This document shows, piece by piece, positions 27,580 to 35,938 of a stretch of DNA of 47,835 bases; within the stretch, counting starts at the first letter, position 1; every line of letters starts with the position of its first letter. The notes under the pieces were generated by a model. It worked only from the letters and a program-made list of their open reading frames with translations, had not been told where the DNA came from and made no database searches. A program made the position numbers and the translations under genes. This DNA is from a virus. Lineage: Duplodnaviria; Heunggongvirae; Uroviricota; Caudoviricetes. The DNA lies in IMG/VR virus record IMGVR_UViG_3300033076_000838, positions 1 to 47,835 of that record. One strand, 5' to 3'.

Positions 27580-27604
27580 GGGGGTGGTATTTTACCACCC
27601 TTTT
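27580..27604 (+). terminator. Rho-independent terminator
   Basis: GGGTGGTA-ttt-TACCACCC followed by TTTT. Confidence 0.8.
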
Positions 27605-27607
27605 ATA

Positions 27608-27639
27608 TTTGGTATTATCAAATATTTTTCGTATCTTTG
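27608..27639 (+). promoter_or_regulatory. Bacteroidota sigma-A-type promoter
   Basis: TTTG-N20-TATCTTTG. Confidence 0.85.
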
Positions 27640-27661
27640 TAAAAGAAAAAATAAAGGTTAT

Positions 27662-28123
27662 ATGTCAAAGAGTACAACTCAAACACCAAAAATCATTAAG
27701 CAAGAAGCTAAGAATAAATTAGAACTTAATATTGCTCCCAAAATAGAACAAACCGAAGATGAGGTTTCGTTCATCAAATACGATAATCCTAAAATCGTAG
27801 AAGAAATCGAAAAACAATATCCAGAAATGACTGATGAGTTCAAACGTATTATGTTTACTCAATATGAATTATTCTGCATGAAACAATCCAATTATGGGCC
27901 AGGAAACATTGCAGTAGGAACTTCATTAGAAACTGCAGATGATAAGAAATTATCTTTGACTGGGTTATGGTTCAGAGTAAATGATAAAGTACAACGTTTG
28001 AAACAATTAGTGGTTCTAAACAAAGAGGATTTAGTTGGAGAATCATTAGATGATACGTTTCAAGACCTTTCAGTATATGGGATTATCGCTCAAATCGTTT
28101 CCAACGGAAAATGGGCAAAATAA
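27662..28123 (+). CDS. DUF1599 / nucleotide-modification-associated domain 1-like protein (all-alpha NTP pyrophosphatase-like)
   Basis: KQ.NYG..NI, R.NDK..RL, ES..DT..DL..YGIIA; ATG 27662 follows the promoter. Confidence 0.75.
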   Translation: MSKSTTQTPKIIKQEAKNKLELNIAPKIEQTEDEVSFIKYDNPKIVEEIEKQYPEMTDEFKRIMFTQYELFCMKQSNYGPGNIAVGTSLETADDKKLSLTGLWFRVNDKVQRLKQLVVLNKEDLVGESLDDTFQDLSVYGIIAQIVSNGKWAK

Positions 28124-28134
28124 ATGTAAAAATA

Positions 28135-28166
28135 GTTGGTAGTATCAATTATTTTTCGTATCTTTG
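28135..28166 (+). promoter_or_regulatory. Bacteroidota sigma-A-type promoter
   Basis: GTTG-N20-TATCTTTG. Confidence 0.8.
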
Positions 28167-28215
28167 TATTATAAACTCGAGTGTCATTTATACAGCACTC
28201 ACAAACTAAATATAT

Positions 28216-29817
28216 ATGCAAAAAACAAAAAGAGCCGTAGAATTAGATATCTTATCAGATGTTTATGTGACACAAGATGGTGCGGCGTACAATTCACCAT
28301 CTGAAGCAATTGAAGATGCAATGGACAATTGCTTAAAAGGATTTGAACCAGATTTAGTAACGAAAGAAACCCCAAGAAAAATCCAAATCATTTTTTATAC
28401 AATCTTCAAAGAAAGTAGTATTCCTCATGCAATTGATATTATTGATAATAGTATTGGTATGGATGAAGATGTTATATTAAATTCTTTGTTTTTAACAAAC
28501 ATAGAAAATACAAAAAAACATGGTAAAGGTGGTACATCCACGTGGGGAATGGGGTATAAATCACTTTGCCATTATCTTGGTGAGCCAGGTGAAGTTTATA
28601 CAAGAACAATTGAACAGGCTAAGAATGACCTGCCTGGAACATTAGCAAAGGTAACATATCAAAAGGGGTCAAAACCAATCGCAGAAATTGAAAGTTTAAG
28701 TGCTGAATTGTTTTCACATGAACTTTCTCATATTTGTGAAAATGGACATGGTACTAAAATTTCAATTAGAAATATTAAACCAGAAAAATGGACTAATTCA
28801 TGGTGGAATCCTCAAGGTCAAACGTATTCAAAATCTTGGTCAAAAAGATATAATAGACAATTATCGAATGGAACTTTAGAAATTGAACTTATACTTAAAA
28901 CACCTGAAAAAATTTATAAAAAAACATTAGAACCATCACACAAAGTTTTAGATTCAAATCCACAAGTAGATGTTGATGGACAGGATACTAATTATTTAAG
29001 TTGTAGTAGAAATAGTTGGAATGTACGTGGAGAAGATTTACAAGTACATGGATATACTCAACCATTTTCCGTAAACATCGGTAAACATTTATCACCAATA
29101 CAAGTTAAAGCATGGAAAACGATAGGAAATATTCCTCTTATATCTCATACTGCAACATCTTCGGCTAATCCGACGGTTTATTTATATCAAAATGATGTAT
29201 TAATTGCAACGCTTCCATACAAAGAAAGTGACCGCAGTGGTGGTTTAAATCATTTAAATGGATTGTTTGTAGAAGTCGATATTCCAACTGATGTACGCAT
29301 ACCAACTAATTTACAAAAGACAACTGTCGATTCATCATTTAGAGAACTAATTCAAACGGAAGTTAAAAAACGAGCAGAAGAATTATGGAAACCAGTTGAT
29401 GTAAGTGAAGCGGAATACCATAAAATATTTCACGAAATGGTATTAAATCAATTTTTAGGTAAAGGGATTAGAGATACTTTTTTAGATGGAAAATCGATAG
29501 ATGACTTGAAAGGTGGTAAATTTGTACATGAACACCAACAAGGTTCTATGAAACCGGACTTTAAATTTTTAGATGACGATAACAAAATAAAGAGAGTTAT
29601 TGAAATGAAAGATGAAGTTTGTAATGCCGAAGTTGCACATCAATTAGCTGCTTACAAATTAGAACATCCTGAAGCAATTGAAGTTATATTAATAGCACCA
29701 GGTTTTAAAGAAACATTAACACAAACATTAAATAAATGGAGTGGTACATCTGGTACTAAATTTTCTTACTATTCATTTAATCAGTTGGGTATTAAAGAAA
29801 TAAGTTCTTTAAAATAA
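28216..29817 (+). CDS. GHKL (MORC-like) ATPase fused to a C-terminal PD-(D/E)xK nuclease
   Basis: EDAMDN, IDNSIGM, WGMGYK, HGTKI (GHKL boxes); C-terminal KPDF...VIEMK...QLAAY. Confidence 0.8.
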   Translation: MQKTKRAVELDILSDVYVTQDGAAYNSPSEAIEDAMDNCLKGFEPDLVTKETPRKIQIIFYTIFKESSIPHAIDIIDNSIGMDEDVILNSLFLTNIENTKKHGKGGTSTWGMGYKSLCHYLGEPGEVYTRTIEQAKNDLPGTLAKVTYQKGSKPIAEIESLSAELFSHELSHICENGHGTKISIRNIKPEKWTNSWWNPQGQTYSKSWSKRYNRQLSNGTLEIELILKTPEKIYKKTLEPSHKVLDSNPQVDVDGQDTNYLSCSRNSWNVRGEDLQVHGYTQPFSVNIGKHLSPIQVKAWKTIGNIPLISHTATSSANPTVYLYQNDVLIATLPYKESDRSGGLNHLNGLFVEVDIPTDVRIPTNLQKTTVDSSFRELIQTEVKKRAEELWKPVDVSEAEYHKIFHEMVLNQFLGKGIRDTFLDGKSIDDLKGGKFVHEHQQGSMKPDFKFLDDDNKIKRVIEMKDEVCNAEVAHQLAAYKLEHPEAIEVILIAPGFKETLTQTLNKWSGTSGTKFSYYSFNQLGIKEISSLK

Positions 29818-29914
29818 TTTACGAAAATCGGTAATTCGTATATTTATAAACACACACCGCGAGTAGGAAAGACTCGTAAATAAAACCATAAAACAAATTA
29901 ATTTTTAACCGATG

Positions 29915-29964
29915 TAACCCTTTGACTATCAGTTAGTTATAACTCGTTGACAGTCAGATAGTTA
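29915..29964 (+). repeat. Two tandem 25-bp dyads of the same family as 13538-13587
   Basis: TAACCCTTTGACTATCAGTTAGTTA followed by TAACTCGTTGACAGTCAGATAGTTA. Confidence 0.7.
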
Positions 29965-29985
29965 CAATTTAAAACTTCAAAAACA

Positions 29986-30816
29986 ATGGCATTAGACATT
30001 AACGCAATTAGAGGTAGACTAAACAAACTACAAAACACACAAAAGAAAACGGATGCATTATGGAAACCAACTCCTGGTAAATCACAAGTCCGTATCGTAC
30101 CTTACAAATTCAATAAGGATAATCCTTTTATCGAATTGTATTTTCACTACAACGTAAACAACAAAACTTATTTATCACCAGCATCGTTTGGTAGACCTGA
30201 CCCGATTGTTGAGTTTGCAGACAAACTTAAAAGAATGGGAGATAAGGAAGATTGGAAAGCAGCAAAGGCAATGGAGCCTAAATTGCGTACATTCGTTCCT
30301 GTAATCGTTCGCGGTCAAGAAAATGAAGGTGTTAAGTTTTGGGGATTCGGTAAGACAGTATATCAAGAAATCTTAGGATATATTGCTGACCCAGATTATG
30401 GTGATATTACTGACCCAATGGCCGGTAGAGATTTGACGGTTGAATATATTTCTGCAGAAGATGCAGGAACATCATATCCAACGACTACTCTTAGAGTAAA
30501 ACCAAATCAAACTCCATTAGCAGAAGGTGGTGATATTGCTAAATTCTTAGAAAATCAAACCGAAATTACGGAGTTGTATCAAGAATTATCTTATGCAGAA
30601 TTAAAAAATGTATTGGAAGGTTGGTTAAATCCATCAGCAACATCTGATGATGAAACCGAAGGTTCGATTGCAGAGGAAACTCTTTCAACAAAACCAACGT
30701 CATCCGTATCACATGACCAAGGTGGTTCTTACGAAACACCTACACAATCTGCTCCACCAGTTTCTAAGAAAACTGATGATGTTGCAGCAGCATTTGATGA
30801 TTTATTCAACAACTAA
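29986..30816 (+). CDS. Single-stranded DNA-binding protein (T4 gp32-like)
   Basis: WKP..G...VRIVP, GVKFWGFGK.VY, DITDP..GRD; acidic tail AAAFDDLFNN. Confidence 0.85.
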   Translation: MALDINAIRGRLNKLQNTQKKTDALWKPTPGKSQVRIVPYKFNKDNPFIELYFHYNVNNKTYLSPASFGRPDPIVEFADKLKRMGDKEDWKAAKAMEPKLRTFVPVIVRGQENEGVKFWGFGKTVYQEILGYIADPDYGDITDPMAGRDLTVEYISAEDAGTSYPTTTLRVKPNQTPLAEGGDIAKFLENQTEITELYQELSYAELKNVLEGWLNPSATSDDETEGSIAEETLSTKPTSSVSHDQGGSYETPTQSAPPVSKKTDDVAAAFDDLFNN

Positions 30817-30829
30817 TTAAACCCATTTT

Positions 30830-31954
30830 ATGGCAAAAAAAGAAGAATTGGATTTAGCCGATATCCTAGCGGGTGAGCTAAATAAACAATCAAAAGACCA
30901 AAAGGTAGCATTCTTTTTGGATGATGATTCGACCCCTACAAACGTTGAGGGTTGGGTTTCAACCGGATGTGCAATGTTAGATGTAGCGATTTCAAATCGT
31001 CCTTATGGTGGTTTGCCAGTTGGTAGAATTGTTGAGGTAACGGGATTAGAACAAAGTGGTAAATCATTACTATCAGCCCACTTACTTGCGGAAACGCAGA
31101 AACAAGGTGGAGTTGCAGTATTGATTGATACTGAAACAGCAGTAAGTAGAGAATTTTTAGAAGCAATCGGTGTGGATGTGAAAAAATTACTTTATGTATC
31201 GGCAGATTCAGTTGAACAAATCTTTGATTTTACTGAAACCATTATTGAAAAAGTTAGACAAACTGATAAGAATCGTTTGGTAACAATTGTAACCGATTCA
31301 GTTGCAGCCGCATCAACAAAAACGGAGTTGGCAGCAGATTATGGTAAAGATGGTTATGCAACCGATAAAGCAATCATCATTTCAAAAGCGATGAGAAAGA
31401 TTACTAATATGATTGGTAGACAAAAAATCTTATTAGTATATACCAACCAATTAAGACAGAAAATGAACGCAATGCCGTTCGGTGACCCTTGGACAACAAG
31501 TGGTGGTAAGGCATTGGCATTCCATGCATCCGTAAGATTACGTTTGAAAGGAATGGGACAGATTAAATCTAAAATTGGTGGTAACGATAGAATTGTTGGT
31601 ATGAAAGTTCGAGCACAAGTTGTGAAGAATCGAATGGGCCCACCATTAAGAGCAGCAGATTTTGATATTTTCTTTGATAGAGGTATTGATAACTATGGTT
31701 CGTGGTTGTCCGTAATGAAAGACAATAAAATCGTAAAACAAGCCGGTGCGTGGTATGAATATACCGATACCGATACTGGTGAAGTAATCAAATTCCAATC
31801 TAAGGATTTTATTCCTTTGATGACGGAAAGAGAGGATGTTAGAGAACAAATTTATAAAAAGATTTGTGAATCTACAATTTTACAATACAAATCCGATGGT
31901 ATCGATATGGAAGATTTAGAAATAGATGTTTCAGGTCCTGGCATGGATGATTAA
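30830..31954 (+). CDS. recA: RecA/UvsX recombinase
   Basis: GGLPVGRIVEVTGLEQSGKS, IDTE, DSVAA, NQLR.K, TTSGGKAL.FHASVR, KNRMGPP. Confidence 0.95.
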   Translation: MAKKEELDLADILAGELNKQSKDQKVAFFLDDDSTPTNVEGWVSTGCAMLDVAISNRPYGGLPVGRIVEVTGLEQSGKSLLSAHLLAETQKQGGVAVLIDTETAVSREFLEAIGVDVKKLLYVSADSVEQIFDFTETIIEKVRQTDKNRLVTIVTDSVAAASTKTELAADYGKDGYATDKAIIISKAMRKITNMIGRQKILLVYTNQLRQKMNAMPFGDPWTTSGGKALAFHASVRLRLKGMGQIKSKIGGNDRIVGMKVRAQVVKNRMGPPLRAADFDIFFDRGIDNYGSWLSVMKDNKIVKQAGAWYEYTDTDTGEVIKFQSKDFIPLMTEREDVREQIYKKICESTILQYKSDGIDMEDLEIDVSGPGMDD

Positions 31955-31965
31955 AAAGAAAGGCA

Positions 31966-33009
31966 TTGAAAGCAATATACAAAAACATTTTAGAATCGGT
32001 AGAGAGTGAGCATGTGAGTAATTCTACCAAAACGAAAAACTCACGAGTTCTTATAATTGATGGATTAAATACATTCATCAGATGTTGGTCATCAATACCA
32101 ACTATGAATGAAGATGGAGACCATGTTGCAGGAGTAACAGGTGTTCTAAAATCAATTGGTTACGCTATTCGTCAAACTCAACCTACTCGTGTTATTGTAG
32201 TTTTCGATGGAAAGGGTGGTTCTGCTAATCGTAAAAAACGATTCTCTGGATATAAGGCAGATAGAGACCAAAACAAATTACGCGTAAATCGTCAATATGC
32301 AGATATGATGAATGTTGAGGATGAACGCGAGTCTATGAAAAGACAGTTTGTTTGGTTAGCAGAAATGTTACATCACTTACCTGTAACCACTATGATTTAT
32401 GATGGTGTTGAAGCAGATGATGTAATGGCCTATATCACTACCCAACTTCTTAAAGAGGATGAACAAGCGGTGGTAATGTCAACCGATAAGGATTTCCTAC
32501 AATTGGTAAATGACAAGACCATCGTTTGGTCTCCTACTAAGAAGAAAATTTACAACAAAAAAGCAATCAAAGAAGAATTCGGTTTAGAATCCAAAAACCT
32601 ATTGATGTATCGTATATTAGATGGTGATAAATCAGATAATATACCGGGAGTTAATGGGTGTGGTATAAAAACCCTTGTAAAGAGGTTTCCTGAACTGACT
32701 GAGGATGTCGAATTATCAGTTGATGATTTACTACGTTTATGTGAAGAAAAGAAGGGTAAAATCAAAATATACAACGATATATTAGAATCAGAAAAACAGG
32801 TTCGTATGAATCACGAACTAATGCAGTTAAAAGACCCCGATATTAGTGGAATCATTAAGATGCAAATATTGGAAAAATTTAACGAACCGAACAACCCAAT
32901 CAATAAATTAGATTTTATGAAAGTTTGCCTAAAATATAAAGTGGTAAATAGTTTCGGAGATTTAAATGATTGGTTAAAGGGTACATTCGGAAATCTTATT
33001 ATTAAATAA
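31966..33009 (+). CDS. 5'-3' exonuclease / T4 RNase H-like flap nuclease
   Basis: LIIDG.N, VVFDG, YKA.R, EADD, STDKDFLQL, GDKSDNIPGV.GCG.KT. Confidence 0.93.
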   Translation: MKAIYKNILESVESEHVSNSTKTKNSRVLIIDGLNTFIRCWSSIPTMNEDGDHVAGVTGVLKSIGYAIRQTQPTRVIVVFDGKGGSANRKKRFSGYKADRDQNKLRVNRQYADMMNVEDERESMKRQFVWLAEMLHHLPVTTMIYDGVEADDVMAYITTQLLKEDEQAVVMSTDKDFLQLVNDKTIVWSPTKKKIYNKKAIKEEFGLESKNLLMYRILDGDKSDNIPGVNGCGIKTLVKRFPELTEDVELSVDDLLRLCEEKKGKIKIYNDILESEKQVRMNHELMQLKDPDISGIIKMQILEKFNEPNNPINKLDFMKVCLKYKVVNSFGDLNDWLKGTFGNLIIK

Positions 33010-33032
33010 CAATTAAACATGGAGGAAAAACT

Positions 33033-33203
33033 ATGAAGTGTATTAAAGCAATTAAGGAAACAACACACTACAAATTAAATGAAATTCGTAGAGTAGATGA
33101 TAAAGATGCTGATGAAAAAGTGGCAAGTGGAGTTTGGAAATTTATTCCAAAATCAGAGTGGAAATTAGCAACAAGACCAGAAAAAACAAAAGGAGATAAA
33201 TAA
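33033..33203 (+). CDS. Small hypothetical protein, 56 aa (not in the ORF track)
   Basis: MKCIKAIKETTHYKLNEIRRVDD...KGDK*; GGAGG upstream; TAATG coupling to the helicase. Confidence 0.75.
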   Translation: MKCIKAIKETTHYKLNEIRRVDDKDADEKVASGVWKFIPKSEWKLATRPEKTKGDK

Positions 33204-34561
33204 TGCAAGAGATAGACAACTTAGCGAAGTATGGTCAATCCTTTCAATCAAAAGTTGTATCTGCATTATTGAGTGATGAAAAATTCTTAGATACTATTTC
33301 AGAAATTGTTACACCAAAATTCTTTGAATCAGATGCTAACAAATGGATAGTAAGTGAAATTCTCTCATATCATACTGAATATCGAAAAGCACCATCTTTG
33401 GATGTGTTTAAGGTAAGAATATCAAAGTTAGAAAATAAGGGATTAGAAACCACAATTGTAGACCAATTAAGACATATCTACACACAAGTAGGTAATACGG
33501 ATTCGGATTACATTAAGAATGAATTTTCATCGTTTTGTAAAAACCAAAACTTAAAACAAGTAATCTTACAATCAGTTGATTTATTAAAGGCAGGTAACTT
33601 TGATAAAATCAAAGATTTGGTTGATAAGGCTATGAAAGTTGGGGTTGAAAATGATTTAGGACACGATTACATATTGGATTACGAAGACCGTGCAACGGAT
33701 GTTAAACGAGATACTGTCCCTACCGATTGGAAACCTATTACCGATTTAATGGATGGTGGATTAGGACCGGGTGAATTGGGAGTAGTAGTTGCACCATCTG
33801 GTGTTGGTAAGACTTGGATTTTAACAGCATTGGGTGCAGCAGCAGTAAAACAAGGATTAAGTGTGGTTCATTATACTATGGAATTATCTGAGCACTATGT
33901 TGGTGCTAGATATGATACTGTCTTTTCACATATTCCCTCTGCGGATTTGAAAGATAAAAGAGATGAGGTTCGTCATAAAATCAAATCGTTACCGGGAAAA
34001 TTACTTATTAAATATTACCCACCAAAAGGAGTTAGTGTTAAGAAATTGCAATTGCATATTGAAAAAATGATTGCGGCCGGAAACAAACCTAATTTGATTA
34101 TCGTAGATTACGCAGATTTATTATTATCACATTCAAATAAGACAGATTCAACTTATGCTGAACAAGGAGGTGTTTACATCGATTTGAGGGGTATGGGTGG
34201 TGAATTGGGTATACCTGTATGGACTGCATCACAAACAAATCGTTCTGCAATTGATTCGGATGTAATTGAAGCAGATAAGATTGCGGATTCATACGCAAAG
34301 GTGATGAACGCCGATTTCATTATGAGTTGGAGTAGAAAATCAAAAGATAAATTGAATAATACTGCAAGAGCTCACGTTATGAAAAATAGATTCGGACCAG
34401 ATGGTTTAACGTTTCCTTGTAAGATGGATACAAACACCGGATGGATTGAAGTTTATGATGCTCAATCATCAGATGGGATTATGGCAACGAAGGAAGCTGC
34501 AAGTGGACAAATCCTTCAAAAACAACTTCTCCACAAGAAGTATGTGGAAAATATGGGCTAA
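33203..34561 (+). CDS. DnaB-like replicative helicase (T4 gp41-like)
   Basis: GGL.PGEL...APSGVGKT, YTMEL, IIVDYADL, WTASQTNR, KNRFG. Confidence 0.95.
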   Translation: MQEIDNLAKYGQSFQSKVVSALLSDEKFLDTISEIVTPKFFESDANKWIVSEILSYHTEYRKAPSLDVFKVRISKLENKGLETTIVDQLRHIYTQVGNTDSDYIKNEFSSFCKNQNLKQVILQSVDLLKAGNFDKIKDLVDKAMKVGVENDLGHDYILDYEDRATDVKRDTVPTDWKPITDLMDGGLGPGELGVVVAPSGVGKTWILTALGAAAVKQGLSVVHYTMELSEHYVGARYDTVFSHIPSADLKDKRDEVRHKIKSLPGKLLIKYYPPKGVSVKKLQLHIEKMIAAGNKPNLIIVDYADLLLSHSNKTDSTYAEQGGVYIDLRGMGGELGIPVWTASQTNRSAIDSDVIEADKIADSYAKVMNADFIMSWSRKSKDKLNNTARAHVMKNRFGPDGLTFPCKMDTNTGWIEVYDAQSSDGIMATKEAASGQILQKQLLHKKYVENMG

Positions 34562-34724
34562 ATATATTATAATAAAGTGTTTCATTTGTGTTAATATGGG
34601 ATAATGAAAAAAGAAAAAAAAAGTTTCAAGTTTCTATTTCGTTTTTTAATATATACAATAGTTATACTCACCAACAACATTCTAAGTTGGTGTTTTGTAT
34701 AACAATTTAAACCAAAAACATTTT

Positions 34725-34895
34725 ATGGCAAATTCACAAGAATTATTTGAGCAAATGAAAGATTTATTTACTCAATTCGAATCAGAGCACAACGGAACAA
34801 CAAAAGCAGCAAAGTCAAGAGCAAGAAAAGCAATTGGTGAATTAAAAAAATTGATTACTGAATATAGAAAACAATCAGTAGAAGAAGCAAAATAA
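34725..34895 (+). CDS. Histone H1-like (Hc1-type) small helical protein
   Basis: KAAKSRARKAIGELKKL..EYRK resembles the Hc1-family KAA..RARK motif; ATG 34725. Confidence 0.65.
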   Translation: MANSQELFEQMKDLFTQFESEHNGTTKAAKSRARKAIGELKKLITEYRKQSVEEAK

Positions 34896-34910
34896 AATAA
34901 GTTACGAAAG

Positions 34911-35924
34911 ATGAGCAAATTATTTACCGAAAGAGTTCCTTTCAAACCATTTGAATATCCTGAATATTATACCGAAGGTTGGTTAAAGCAAATGCAAGCA
35001 TTTTGGTTGCATACTGAAATACCAATGCAAGGTGATTTTAAGGATTGGAATGAAAAACTAACTGAATCTGAAAAACATTTGGTTGGTAATATCCTTTTAG
35101 GATTTGCTCAAACGGAATGTGCAGTTTCTGATTATTGGACAGGTATGGTTACTAAGTGGTTTCCCAAACATGAAATCAGACAAATGGCTATGGCGTTTGG
35201 TTCACAAGAAACTATACATTCAATCGCGTACTCTTATTTAAATGAAACGTTAGGTTTAGAAGATTTCGAAGGGTTCTTACATGATGAAACGATGAAAGCA
35301 CGTTTCGAACTTCTAACTAACACAACAGCAGATTGGACTCCTGCCGATTTGGATACTAACCATAAAGCAAGAGTTGAAGTTGCTCGTTCATTAGCAATAT
35401 TTTCTGCATTCGCAGAAGGTGTTGCATTGTATTCTTCATTTGCGGTTCTTTACTCATTCCAAATGAGAAACCTATTAAAAGGTATTGGACAACAAATGAA
35501 ATGGAGTGTTAGAGATGAATCTCTACATTCAAAAATGGGATGTCAATTATTCAGACATATGTGTCAAGAATTTCCAGAATTATTAGAGGAAGCAAAAAAA
35601 GATATTTACACAGCAGCTAAAATTATCATAGATTTAGAACACAAATATATTGATAAGATTTTTGAAATGGGTGATTTGGAGAATCTTAAAAAAGATGACC
35701 TAAAAGAATTTATTACAAAAAGAGTTAATGAAAAATTAGGAGAATTGGGATACAATCCAATTCCTGGTGGAGATGATTATTTTGAATTCGATGATACAAA
35801 GGCATCCGAATTAGATTGGTTTTATCACCTTACCGGTGGGGTTACTCATACGGACTTCTTCGCAATCAGACCAACTGATTATTCAAAAGCAGGAGAAGGT
35901 GAAGATTGGGGTGATATATTTTAA
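34911..35924 (+). CDS. nrdB: Ribonucleotide reductase class I beta subunit
   Basis: KPFEYP, FW...E, QETIHS.AY, AEGV.LYSSF, RDESLH, DFF..R.TDYSK. Confidence 0.96.
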   Translation: MSKLFTERVPFKPFEYPEYYTEGWLKQMQAFWLHTEIPMQGDFKDWNEKLTESEKHLVGNILLGFAQTECAVSDYWTGMVTKWFPKHEIRQMAMAFGSQETIHSIAYSYLNETLGLEDFEGFLHDETMKARFELLTNTTADWTPADLDTNHKARVEVARSLAIFSAFAEGVALYSSFAVLYSFQMRNLLKGIGQQMKWSVRDESLHSKMGCQLFRHMCQEFPELLEEAKKDIYTAAKIIIDLEHKYIDKIFEMGDLENLKKDDLKEFITKRVNEKLGELGYNPIPGGDDYFEFDDTKASELDWFYHLTGGVTHTDFFAIRPTDYSKAGEGEDWGDIF

Positions 35925-35938
35925 AAAATAAAAAAATT

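Noticed and set aside
27314-27598. Track ORFs 27314-27529 (+) and 27374-27598 (-)
   Set aside because: Shadows of the real lipoprotein gene at 27405-27569.
13570-34724. Longest-ORF starts at 13570, 14203, 15387, 27584 and 34695 (also 3816)
   Set aside because: They run through promoters, terminators, leaders or upstream genes; downstream ATGs fit better.
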